Assembly: GCF_006345805.1 (NCBI RefSeq)
Contig: NC_042999.1
Coordinates: 16,616,001-16,680,000 of the forward strand
Length of the DNA: 64,000 nucleotides
Direction: 5' to 3'
From: Octopus sinensis
Taxonomy: Eukaryota
Shown: positions 38,862-51,452 of the stretch, in pieces
How positions within the stretch are numbered: position 1 is the stretch's first letter
Layout of the letters: each line of letters begins with the position of its first letter
The notes under the pieces: generated by a model
The model's database searches: none
Told to the model about the DNA's origin: nothing
What the model saw: only the letters and a program-made list of their open reading frames with translations
Translations under genes and position numbers: made by a program

Positions 38862-39474
38862 ATAGCACTCAATTTCATACCTTAAGATTTCGACATGAAA
38901 AATTCAATAATTATCTGTGGCTCCAGTGAAATCAGTACGAATAACAAGGATAACAATGGAACAGGAAACCACCCGTCTCGGGCGTTTTTTAAATATGCTG
39001 ACCATAGGTTCAATTTGACATTATTTAATAATATTTATTTCTACTCTTTATGTAATTTATGTATTTATGTAATTTCAAATATCTGTTTTCACTAGCCAGT
39101 TGATTCCCTACTGAATATCATTCATTGAAGTTCTTTTCTGGCTTAGGGCACTAGTACGTGTGCTTTTGAATCGAATTTAAAATCCATGATACTAGAACTC
39201 TATATATATTGGTATCCTTTCACAGAGACAGGTGATGTCTAGTTCCATTGTTGTGTCTGCACCGATTTCACTGATGAGACACAGACAATTATTGAATTGT
39301 TTATGATGAAGCCTTAGGGTATGAAATTAAGTGTTATGTTTATTTCTTTTCATTTGTCTAGTTCATAAATATCTAGTGTCTTGCTAATTTGGAAAAACAG
39401 ATTTCGTGGTAATTCGGTTCGACATCTACTTTTAGCATACAAGGGATCCGTATAGTGGTCTCTCATATTGTTTA

Positions 39475-39555
<81 letters not shown>

Positions 39556-39877
39556 CACACATATGTGTGTTTGTGAGTGTGTTTAGAAGGTTGAAAAGGA
39601 ACACACGAGTTGACATATGTGGAAAAAAGCCAAGATAGAAAATGCTAAAATCATTTTTTAAGAAACTTTTCTTTTAATTTTTCCAAAATTTAATTGTTTT
39701 CCATACTTACAGTTGAAAAAGTCTCAATGACTGGAACCATAAAATTATTTTGGCATTTTCTATCTTCACTTTTTTTCCCGTATATATATATGTATATATA
39801 TATATATATATACGGGAAAAAAAGTGAAGATAGAAAATGCTAAAATAATTTTATGGTTCCAGTCATTGAGACTTTTT

Positions 39878-39955
<78 letters not shown>

Positions 39956-39974
39956 CATATACACATATATACAG

Positions 39975-40350
39975 CAGGAGAGGCTGTGTGGTAAGCAGCT
40001 TGTTTACCAACCACATGGTTCCGGGTTCAGTCCCACTGTCTTCTACTATAGCCTCGGGCCGACCAAAGCCTTGTGAGTGGGTTTGGTAGACGGAAACTGA
40101 GAGAAGCCCGTCGTATATATGTATATATATATATGTATGCGAGTGTGTGTTTGTGTGTCTGTGTTTGTCACCTCCACCAACATCGCTTGACAACCGATGC
40201 TGGCATATTTATCTCCCCGTCACTTAGCGGTTCGGCAAAAGAGACCGATAGGATAAGTACTGGGCTTACAAAGAATAAGTCCCGGGGTCGAGTTGCTCGA
40301 TTAAAGGCGGTGCTCCAGCATGGCCGCATTCAAATGACTGAAACAAGTAA
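39975..40350 (+). mobile_element. SINE family A with internal deletion
   Basis: Lacks GCGTGGCACCTTGGGCAAGT. Confidence 0.88.
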
Positions 40351-40989
40351 AATAAAAAAAAAAAGACATATATATACTTATACATTTATATATTGAACGA
40401 ATTTGAACTCGTCCCTGCAAATTTATAATATAAAATTGTCCGCTAATTTTATATTGTTGCTAAGTAATATAGTCATTACCTAACATTTCGTGGATTTAGT
40501 CGGCGAAATTGTTCTGTCTTGCTGTTTTGACCACATTTGCTTTGCAATACTATACTGAGGACAGATTACGACGTCTGACATTGGCCAACTTTAGGTTCTG
40601 TGCACTAGGGAAAACGAACGATCAGAAAGCACAACAAACGTGTTGTAGCTGATATGAACTTATAAACTTGCTGGGCTACACATTTATTCATTGGCCCGTT
40701 TACCTTCTAAGAGAACTCAATTGTGATCAGAAAGTAGGCAGGCCTTATATTTAGTTCAATGTTTTCTTATAAAACTACATCAACTGCATTATCATCCGTT
40801 AGTAAAGTCGATATTTCTATTAAATTGAAAATGACAAAGCTAAATACCTATGCAGGCGATGTTCTGCCAAAAACGTATTTATATATGTATGCATAACTTT
40901 ATATACATACATACATATATACGCACGTGTGCGTGTGTGTGTATACGCAAATATATCTCTATCTATCTTTCTATCTATCGATTGATCTC

Positions 40990-41380
40990 TTACTTTTTTA
41001 CTTGTTTCAGAAATTTGACTGCACTATGCTTTAGTCGAGCAAATCGAGCCCAGGACTTATTCTTTGGAAGCCTAGTACTTTTCTATCGGTCTCTTTTGCC
41101 GAACCGCTAAGTTACGGGGACGTAAACACACCACCATTAGTTGTCAAGTGATGTTGGGGGGACAAACACAGACACACAAACATATACATACACTCACACA
41201 TGTATACATATATACGACGAGCTTTTTTCAGTTTCCGCCTACGAGATCCACTCACAAGGATTTTGGTCTGCCCGGGCTATAGTAGAAGACACTTGCCCAA
41301 GGTGCGACGCAGTGGGACTGAACCCAGAACCATGTGGCTGGTAAACAAGCGATTTACCACACACAGCCACTCCTGCGCCT
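40990..41380 (-). mobile_element. SINE family A
   Basis: Reverse complement of the consensus. Confidence 0.88.
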
Positions 41381-41381
41381 A

Positions 41382-41442
<61 letters not shown>

Positions 41443-41849
41443 GTCTATATATCTATCTGTCAATACACATACAGGCATGCACACACAAACAAGTAATTGA
41501 GTATGTTTTATTAAGACTTAGGCGTTCAGAATATATACGCAAGGGAGATTTTACGTGTCAATAATTTTAGTGAAAAAAACATCTGATATTTCAAATTAAG
41601 GCCTTTTGACTGAAAGATATTAATTAATGGTGGAAGGAAACAAAACGATGAAATAATCGAGCTGGTGAAATGGTGAGGACAGAAAGAGGACAAAGAAATA
41701 TTAAAGCAGCAAATGAAGTCGAGTTTCTGGTGAGGTTAGTGAGTTGGGTAAGCATGTTAAGATGTGCGAATGAGAATTACCTGATGAGAGAACCTTTAGT
41801 AATCGGAACTCTGATTGGCTAACGATTCTTGCTAATATAGGAACAGGGC

Positions 41850-43075
41850 AAGGCGGCGAGCTGGCAGAATCGTTAGCACGCCGGGCGAATTGCTTAGCGG
41901 TATTTCGTCTGCCGCTACGTTCTGAGTTCAAATTCCGTCTAGGTCGACTTTGCCTTTCATCCTTTCGGGGTAGATAAATTAAGTACCAGTTACACACTGG
42001 GGTCGATATAATCGACTTCATCCGTTTATCTGTCCTTGTTTGTCCTCCCCTGCGTTTAGCCCCTTGTGTGTAGTAAGGAAATATGTATTTCCTTTATCTT
42101 TACGTTCTGAGTTCAAATTCCGCCGAGGTCGACTTTGCCTTTCATCCTTTCGGGGTCGATAAACTAAGTACCAGTTGCATGCTGGGATCGATGTAATCGA
42201 CTGGCTTCTTCCCCGAAAATTTCGGGCCTTGTGCCTAGAGTAGAAAAGAATATAGGAACACGGCATAAAAGGGCGAGCTGGCAGAGCCATTTGCACGCTG
42301 GGGAAAATGCTTAGCAGCATTTCGCCAGTCTTTACGTTCTGAGTTCAAAATCCACCTAGGTCGATTTTTGCCTTCCATCCTCTCCGGGTTGATTAAGTAA
42401 GTACGAATTGAACACTGGGGATGATGTTATCGCCTTACCTTCTTCTCCGTTCTTGTTGGTCTCGTATCAAAATTTGAAATCAACGTAGGAAGAGGCCTTG
42501 AAAGTTTTCGGGAAGATGACTAGTCGAACACTCGACACCAGTGCTGAAAAGGCACTCATTTTGTCGACCTTGAAAGGATGAATGTCAAATTCGATTCCTG
42601 TGTAATTAGAAGCAAACCAATTCTAAAAATATTTCCTCAGCGCAGTATAATACATATGCCCCGTGGTAATTTACAAAAGAATTTATAATATATTATATAA
42701 TCTTTTCTACTCTAGGTACAAGGCCCTAATATTTGGGGGAGGGGAGGTCAATCGATTAGATCGACTCCAGTACGCAACTGGTATTTAATTCATCAATCCC
42801 GAAATTAATTTGAACTCAGAACGTAACGACAGACGAAATACCTATTTCTTTACTACCCATAAGGGGCCAAACACAGGGAGGACAAACAAGGACAGACAAA
42901 CGGATTAAGTCGACTATATTGACACCAGTGCGTAACTGGTACTTATTTAATCGACCCCGAAAGGGTGCAAAGCAAAGTCGATCAGGGCGGAATTTGAACT
43001 CAGAACGTAAAAACAGACGAAATATCGCTAAGCATTTTACCCGGCGCGCTAACGTTTCTGCCAGCTCGCTGCCTT
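41850..43075. mobile_element. Cluster of SINE family B copies: + dimer 41850-42250, + monomer 42265-42480, - remnant 42480-42640, - dimer 42700-43075
   Basis: Repeated head GGCGAGCTGGCAGAATCGTTAGCACGCCGGG and repeated core. Confidence 0.85.
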
Positions 43076-44052
43076 TTAATATATTATATAATAAAAGATC
43101 AATTATAATATACAATATATTACTATTTTTAATGTATATTATAATTCATATATTTGGGACGTCCTGAAGGACCACCTAGATAGATAGATGTAATTCCTTT
43201 GATATTAGTATCACATATCCTTTACTTTACACTTATTTTAGTCTTCGAGTGTGGCCCCAGTATGAATCAACCCCAGGAATATTTCTGTACTATAAATCTT
43301 GTATTTATTCCATCGGGATTATTTGCCGAGCTGCTAAGTTAGCGGTACGCAAACACGATAACATCGGTTGTCAAGCAGTGGTAGTAGATACTCACACACA
43401 CACATAAACACACATATACGACAAGCTTCTTTCAGTTTCCGTCTACCAAATCCACTTAGAAAACTTTGGTCGGCCCGAGGGTACATTAGAAGATACTTTC
43501 CTCAAGTTACCATCCAGAGGGCACGAACTCGGAACCACGTCGTTACGAAGCAAACTTAGATGCTGCGAAAGAAACTGGAACTTATAGCTCACAGAAATAA
43601 AAAAAAAACAAAATATCAAATAGGAATGCTACACTTCTTGACATACGTCAAAACTAAATAGACCTTTTATCTGATGCGACCAACTTCTATTCAAGTCTTG
43701 ATCATTGCATCATTTATGCTTAACACATTCTATACAATGCTACAATCTGTGTGTGTGTGTGTTTTTTTTCCACATCAAACCTGAGGCTTTTAAAGGGATG
43801 AAAAACGAGGAAGTTGTCATATTTATTTCCTAAAGGAATTAGAATCAGTATTGACATTAAAAGCATGAAAACGTAAGCAGAACCAATTGTATCTTCTGCT
43901 TTATGTGAAAAGAAGTAAAGTTCATCTCAGGAATTTTTTCAAACACAGAAAAGAAAGTCACCGAATTAGAAAATTAAGCCTGATCTCTGTACTCTCTGTC
44001 ACAACACAGCTTTAGAATATGAAATAATAGCAACCAAACGGTGGCAACTGCA

Positions 44053-44062
<10 letters not shown>

Positions 44063-44091
<29 letters not shown>

Positions 44092-44192
44092 CGTCATCAT
44101 CATCATCATCATTATTAGTAGTAGTAGTAGTGGTTCATCGCTGTAGTTGTAGAAGTTGTTGTCCTCGATATTGTGCTAGTAGTGTAGTAGTT

Positions 44193-44238
<46 letters not shown>

Positions 44239-44246
44239 CAGTAGTC

Positions 44247-44294
<48 letters not shown>

Positions 44295-44858
44295 ATAGTA
44301 GTAGTTGTAGTGGTAGTAGTGGTAGTGTAGTAGTAGTAGTGGTTGTCGTTATAGCACACACAGCAGCCACAGCAGCAGCAGAGTAGTCATTTTAGAAGTA
44401 ATAGTAGTAATGACATTGTTATTCTTCGGTTGTTTTCATTGCAACACCAATAAGAATGTAGGAGCAACGGGATCATCATCATCATCATCATCTTCATCGT
44501 CATCATCATCATCATCGTCATCGTCGTCATCATCATCATCATCATCACCATCATCACCATCACTATCACCATCATCATCATCATCATCATCACCATCATG
44601 ATCATCATCATCGTCGTCGTCGTCATCATCGTCATCATCGTCATCATCATCATCATCATCGTCATCATCACCATCATCATCATCATCATCATCATCGTCG
44701 TCATCATCGTCATCATTGTCATCATCGTCATCATCATCATCATCATCATCACCATCATGATCATCATCATCGTCGTCGTCGTCATCATCGTCATCATCGT
44801 CATCATCATCGTCATCATCGTCATCATCGTCATCATCATCATCATCATCGTCATCATC

Positions 44859-44889
<31 letters not shown>

Positions 44890-45193
44890 TCACCATCACC
44901 ATCATCATCACCATCATCATCATCATCATCATCGTCGTCATAATCGTCATCATTGTCATCATCGTCATCATCATCATCATCATCATCACCATCACCATCA
45001 TCATCATCATCATCATCACCATCATGATCATCATCACCATCATCATGATCATCATCATGATCATCATCACCATCACCATCATCATCATCATCATCATCAC
45101 CATCATGATCATCATCATCGTCGTCGTCGTCATCGTCATCATCATCATCATCATCGTTATCATCGACATCATCATCATCGTTATCATCACCAC

Positions 45194-45225
<32 letters not shown>

Positions 45226-45293
45226 CCACCACCATTGTCATCATCATCATCATTATCATCGTCGTCATCATCGTCATCATCGTCATCATCATC

Positions 45294-45325
<32 letters not shown>

Positions 45326-45415
45326 CCTTATCCTCATCAGCGTTATCATCGATATAATCTTAGTCCTTGTTGTCGTCGTCCACCACCACCACCACCACCA
45401 CCTCCTCCTCCTCTA

Positions 45416-45449
<34 letters not shown>

Positions 45450-45758
45450 CTCCTCCTCCTCCTCTTCCTCCTCTTCCTCTTCCTCCTCCTCTTACTACTA
45501 CTACTACTACTACTACTATACTACTCACCATCGTCGTTGTTATTGTTATAACCAATGTTGTTTTCACCTTCATCATCATCATCATCATCAACATCCTCAT
45601 CCTCCTCAGCGCTATCTTTGATATAATCTTCATCCTCATCGTCGTCTTCGTAGATGACCACCACCTCCTCCACTTCAACCCCTTCTTACTCATCACCATC
45701 ATCGTCGTCTTTGTTATTACCAATGTTGATTTCACCGTCATTATCAACATCACCTTCG

Positions 45759-45789
<31 letters not shown>

Positions 45790-45845
45790 CATCCTCATCC
45801 TCATCGTCGTCATCATCGACCACTGCAGCTGCAGTGGTAATATGA
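44063..45845. repeat. Compound trinucleotide array (TAT>CAT>TAG>CAG, about 0.9 kb of ATC, then CAC>CCT>CTA>ATC)
   Basis: Seen directly. Confidence 0.95.
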
Positions 45846-46074
45846 GTAGTAGGGTTAGGGGTGGAGGAAGAAGAACCAGAGAGAGAGAGGTGACTATCAG
45901 ACAGATGCGGAGGAGGGCAAAGGTATGATGGCGTCTAAGCAGCTACCATCACGCTGTTAAACATCTCAGGTTGAGACATTAATGTCATTTCTAGCAAACT
46001 TAATCAAAACCAGATCACCATCTCGGTTTGTCAATGTCACGCTGTTCCACTATTTACCACTTGTTTCCCGAATC

Positions 46075-46562
46075 GGTTTCAAATTTTAGCACAAGGCCAG
46101 CAAGGTCAGCGAGGTAGGTCAATCGATTGCGTTGACTCCAATGCTCAGCTTTCTTTATTGCTCACAAGGGGCTAAACACAGAAGGGACAAACAAGGAAAG
46201 ACAAACGGATTAAGTCGATTACATCGACCCCAGTCCGTAACTGGTACTTAGTTTATCGACTCTGAAAGGATGAAAGGCAAAGTCGACCTCGGCGGAATTT
46301 TGAACCCAGAACGTAGCGGCAGACGAAATACCTATTTCTTTACTACCCAAAAAGGCCTAAACACAGAGTGGACAAACAAGGACAGACAAACGGATTAAGT
46401 CGATTATATCGACCCCAGTGCGTAACTGGTACTTATTTATTCGACCCCGAAAGGGTGAAAGGCAATGTCGACCTCGGCAGAATTTGAACTCAGAACGTAG
46501 CAGCAGACGAAATACGCTCAGCATTTCGCTCGGCGTGTTAAAGATTCTCTCAGCTCGCCGTC
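46075..46562 (-). mobile_element. SINE family B multimer (alpha, alpha, partial beta)
   Basis: Two full cores joined at GAAATAGG/TATTTCGTCTG. Confidence 0.85.
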
Positions 46563-46784
46563 TTTATAACGGTTAACATTAGAAGCAAGTATGAGTTGGT
46601 GAGCTGGCAGAAACATTAGCAGACTGGGAAATCTTCACGTTCTGAGTTCAAATCCCCGCCGAGATTGACTTTGCAGTTCATGATTTCGATTTTGACAAAA
46701 ACGAAAGATTATCAAAGAATGTGTTTTGAATAGCACAACATAGCACAATGGACTATAATAACTGGTGTAATTTAATCATCCATA

Positions 46785-46946
46785 GTCGCAGGAGTGGCTG
46801 TGTTGTATGTAGCTTGCTTACCAACCTCATGGTTCCAGGTTCAACCCCACTGCGTAGCTCCTTGGGCAAATGTCTTCTACTATAGCCTCGGGCCGACCAA
46901 AGCCTTGTGAGTGGATTTGGTAGACGGAAACTGAAAGAAGCCCGTC

Positions 46947-47010
<64 letters not shown>

Positions 47011-47235
47011 TTGTGTGTTTGTGTTTGTCGCCCCCCCCCCTAACATCGCTTGACAACCAATGCTGGTGTGTTTATGTCCCCGTAAGCTAGCGGTTCGGCA
47101 AAAGAGGCCGATAGAATAAGTACTAAGGCTTACAAAGAATAAGTCCTGGGGGGCGATTTGCTCGACTAAAGGCGGTGCTCCGGCATGGCCGCAGTCAAAT
47201 GACTGAAACAAGTAAAAGAGTAACAGAGTAAAGAG
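46785..47235 (+). mobile_element. SINE family A, full length
   Basis: Consensus-like. Confidence 0.9.
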
Positions 47236-47494
47236 TCTGATATAAATATTTCGGAATACAAAAATTTCTTCTTCAAATATCCCTGGGAATTGATCGAGTC
47301 ACTACTATAATCGGCTTTTGCAACTTTTAATTTTTTTTTCGGGAGCGTCTCTGTAGTGGTTTCACGAAGCGCCTTCCGGAATTCCTCATGAAAAGTGCGT
47401 GTGGGCGGCCATGGCTCCGTAGCGCTGCTTCTAAGGTATGTATTATACGTGTAGTTACCTTTTTTTCTCTCTTTCTTCCTAAATAGATTTTAAA

Positions 47495-47976
47495 ATGGAT
47501 GTTAAAATGCACTTCCTTCACTCACACCGCGACTATTTCCTTGAGAACCTTGACAATCTAAGTGAAGAGCATGGTGAAAGATTTCACTAGGACATTAAAG
47601 AAATGGAACGGAGGCGCCAGGGCAGGTAGTCAGTAAACACGACGGCAGATTACCGTCGGACTGTGTTACGTCCCCGTAATATAGCGGTTCGGCAAAAAGA
47701 GACCGATAGAATAAGTACTAGGCTTACAAAGAATAAGTGCTGGGGTCGATTTGCGTGACTAAAGGTGGTGATCCAGCATGGCCGCAGTCAAATGACTGAA
47801 ACAAGTAAAAGAATAAAGAGAGTAAAGAGATTTTTGGCAGCATTTGTGCAAAATATGTACGTTGTTGGCAAAAATAACAGAAAAAAAAGCATATTTGAAA
47901 TCAGCGTAAAAAATGGTTCAGAATCACCTATAAGTAGACAATAATCATTTACTTCATTTAAAAATGCAGACTTGTG
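47495..47976 (+). mobile_element. Chapaev3-like (CMC) DNA transposon 3' remnant, with a SINE A 3' half inserted at about 47663-47830
   Basis: KMHFLHSHRDYFLENLDNLSEEHGERFH*DIKEMERR..GR*SVNTTADY fits the HFLHSH..SDEHGERFHQDI..MADYCW motif (from recall); candidate terminus CAGACTTGTG. Confidence 0.65.
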
Positions 47977-49434
47977 TTACAGACTTCCCTTATTTATGAC
48001 GCCAGTGTTTAATTACAAGGAGCAGTGGTTTCTCTTTTTAGCCAGACACGCGCCAACGTAAGTTCTTCCACGTTGACTAAACCAATATTATGATACAATT
48101 ACTTTCGAGATATAAGGTTCTATTAAAGAAACATTTACAGGCGTATCCAAATTAGGCAATAATAACTATCACGAAAACAATCATTCATTCATTGCGTCTA
48201 ACCGATATATATGACAAAGACCACTCATCTAATTTTTCTATTATTAAATAAAGTATAAAGATGTAGACCACAGCAACTCTGTTGTACGAAGCATGATATA
48301 TTTCTCTTCAAATTTTATTCAACTAAAGAAATGCTTAGATTAATGCTGCTTAACGTCAACTATCTGACCTAAAGGGGGCCAGCGTTTTCAATGATAAGGC
48401 AGCTTCTCGAAAACTTCATAATAATTCATATTCAAAGCTAAAACGATCAACGATCGATAACTAGGTTAACTGAATAGTCAGAGAACAGCATGAAAATATT
48501 TTATATAACTTTCTCAAGTGCTAAACAATGAACTGAAGACGTTTTAACACTACAGAATTTCGATTTTTTCCCTTGACATTGCAATGGTGTTATTATAGAT
48601 ATTTCCAGGGACCATATTGGTGAAAAGGTTTTATGACTAATGACAAGCCAATATTGTTAAGTATATATATATTATAGTTCTGACAACTATATTCTAACAC
48701 CAGATCACGTTTTTCCTCGTTTACATCTATTGTTCTCTAGATCTCGCACGATTCGAAACACAAAAGAGTGGAATATAGACACGCATGTTATTTTATCTGT
48801 CTTGTTAAAAAATCAGTCTGAGAAGAAGAGGTCAGACGCTGACCAATTGTTGCAAAATGATTAATAAACATGCCCCAACGCACATTCCGATAAACACTTG
48901 CTGTTTGTCAACATCACACGCATATTGTAGGATATTACACGCATATTCTAGGATAAACAGCCACAGTTACTGGCTGTCAACTTTTCTAGACTCATACTAG
49001 GATAACTACACTACACACACACACACACATACACGCACACACACCACACACACACACACACAACACAGTACCTGTCAAGATATCCACACGCACGCTCGGA
49101 GAAGTACACAATACGACTGTCACATAGCCACACGCGAACTAAAACAAGTACACACATGCACACGTTCGTTGACAGATGCACGCACATATGAGTAACCTCA
49201 AACACATTCACACACACACCGAACATCACGTGTTCGAACACTTACACTAACTGCCAGATACCTACACTCAATCTCTATTAAACAAACACAATAACTGTCA
49301 AACTCACGCGTACATTGGCATAAGCAGAAACACACTGGTAGTGAACATACTCCTCAACCACCACACACATATATATATACAATGGCACACGCATACGTAA
49401 ATTCTGGAGACTACATAATCACACTGATACAAGT

Positions 49435-49935
49435 AAACAAGTAAAAGAGTAACAGAGTAAAGAGTCTGATATAAATATTTCGGAATACAAAAATTTCTTC
49501 TTCAAATATCCCTGGGAATTGATCGAGTCACTACTATAATCGGCTTTTGCAACTTTTAATTTTTTTTTCGGGAGCGTCTCTGTAGTGGTTTCACGAAGCG
49601 CCTTCCGGAATTCCTCATGAAAAGTGCGTGTGGGCGGCCATGGCTCCGTAGCGCTGCTTCTAAGGTATGTATTATACGTGTAGTTACCTTTTTTTCTCTC
49701 TTTCTTCCTAAATGGATTTTAAAATGGATGTTAAAATGCACTTCCTTCACTCACACCGCGACTATTTCCTTGAGAACCTTGACAATCTAAGTGAAGAGCA
49801 TGGTGAAAGATTTCACTGGGACATTAAAGAAATGGAACGGAGGCGCCAGGGCAGGTAGTCAGTAAACACGACGGCAGATTACCGTCGGACTGTGTTACGT
49901 CCCCGTAATATAGCGGTTCGGCAAAAAGAGACCGA
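49435..49935 (+). repeat. 501-bp near-identical direct duplicate of 47206-47706
   Basis: Only two substitutions found by eye (47485 vs 49714; 47589 vs 49818). Confidence 0.92.
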
Positions 49936-50239
49936 AGAGACGGCAAAAAGAGCTGTCTTATACTGACACGTACATTCCGATAAACACGCATGCACTGGCT
50001 GTCTGGTTGTCTCCCTAGCTAACATATACAATCAAGTATCATGTGTACTAAGACCTTCAAGATAACGATAACTGAAGCATATTCATGTGGAATAGCAACA
50101 GCAAAGTGGAGCCGTCTTTAGAAGGGCGCATCTCGTGCCTCTCATGGTCCAATTATTTGGGCGCGGGAAAAGGCTCGCATTTAGATAAGAGTAAGCTTTT
50201 TGATTACCCTTACAAAATAATTGCTGCCTGGACATTGTA

Positions 50240-50800
50240 TTAGGTTGTCTGGAAAGTTCATGCCGATTTTTAAAGGAAAGAAAAAGGTCAATAAATACTT
50301 GCTATTAAATTTTTAATCAACCAAATATAAACCATTTTGTTGCACAATGCGTCTCCATCTTTCCTTTAACTTGAAGATACCAACTTCCCAGAATTGAGGT
50401 GGTTTCATGGCAAAGAATTCATCAAGGTATCTTTTTACGTCATCAAGACTATCATCAAGACATTCAGACTATCCTGCAGAGACCTGAATAAGTGGAAATC
50501 CAAAGGAGCAATATCTGGTGAATATGGAGGGTGGGGTAACACATCCTAGCTGACTGCAGCAATTTTTGTCTGGTTCCCAAAGCATCAAGTGCCGAAAATG
50601 AACTTTCTTATCTTCCATTTTAAAGGGTTACAGAATTAACACAGGTTATAAGTACATAAATCTTCTTCCACGAAAAGATAGGTTAAACTGTGCTCTAAAT
50701 GGAGGTGTAGTCAAATCCTATTTCATGGAGTCAACCATGTTCTAAAATAAGTCGAAAGGTAAGTTACTATAAATCGGCACGAACTTTCCGGACAACCCAA
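50240..50800 (-). mobile_element. Internally deleted non-autonomous mariner with both TIRs
   Basis: TA-TTAGGTTGTCTGGAAAGTTCATGCCGATT ... AATCGGCACGAACTTTCCGGACAACCCAA-TA; MEDKKVHFRHLMLWE fused to the C-terminal PPYSPDIAPLDFHLFRSLQ. Confidence 0.92.
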
Positions 50801-51308
50801 TATAATAATTCTGTAGTCCTATCCTTTTGTTTGCTTCCACTGCACTACCGACTGCAGCTCAGTGAGCCTACAACTAGTAGTAATAGTAGAAGCAGTAGTA
50901 GTAGTACTACTACTACTAGAATGAAAGGCATCGCTGTCTGCATGCTGTTGTGAAAAAGGCATACATTTTTACGATGCGAAACCTGAACGTTGCTTTTCTA
51001 TTACTAAGGCGTGTGTTCTTTGCCAAGATGGTGTTACTTTCTTCTCCTATTCATCCTCATCATACTCCGCTACCATCTCCACATCTTATGCTTCCACTCC
51101 CTCTCCCCCTCCTCCTATTCCACCTCTTTCTTCTCGTCCTCATCTTCCTTCTCCTCCTCACCCTTTTACTTCTCGTCGTACAATTACAGCACTATCTACT
51201 ACAACAACTGCAACAATGATTGCAACTTCTCCTCCTCCCCCTCCTCCTACTTCTGCTGCTGCTGCTGCTCAATTTGTAGATGAGAAAATTCTGACAAATT
51301 ATAAAACA

Positions 51309-51452
51309 TCTAGGAAACCAGAGTGTTCGGTCCTCACTCGATGAGGTCCAAAAGACCTTCCCTCGTGGGGTGAATTTTACTCTAGGAAACCAGAGTGTTC
51401 GGTCCTCACTCGATGAGGTCCAAAAGACCTTCCCTCGTGGGGTGAATTTTAC
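51309..51452. repeat. Perfect 72-bp tandem duplication
   Basis: TCTAGGAAACCAGAGTG...GGTGAATTTTAC present twice. Confidence 0.95.

Noticed and set aside
39271-39310. CTGATGAG on the plus strand
   Set aside because: No downstream GAAA or closing helices
41490-41830. Possible Penelope GIY-YIG C-terminus and HHR remnant
   Set aside because: Protein similarity too weak by eye; core reads GGAAC and stem I is absent
44387-45551. 320-aa poly-Met and 317-aa poly-Ile ORFs
   Set aside because: Stop-free frames of (ATC)n, as expected for this motif
47426-47486. Apparent mini-intron (GTATGT...polypyrimidine..TAG)
   Set aside because: Splicing gives no open frame with the upstream sequence, and the duplicate has TGG at the acceptor
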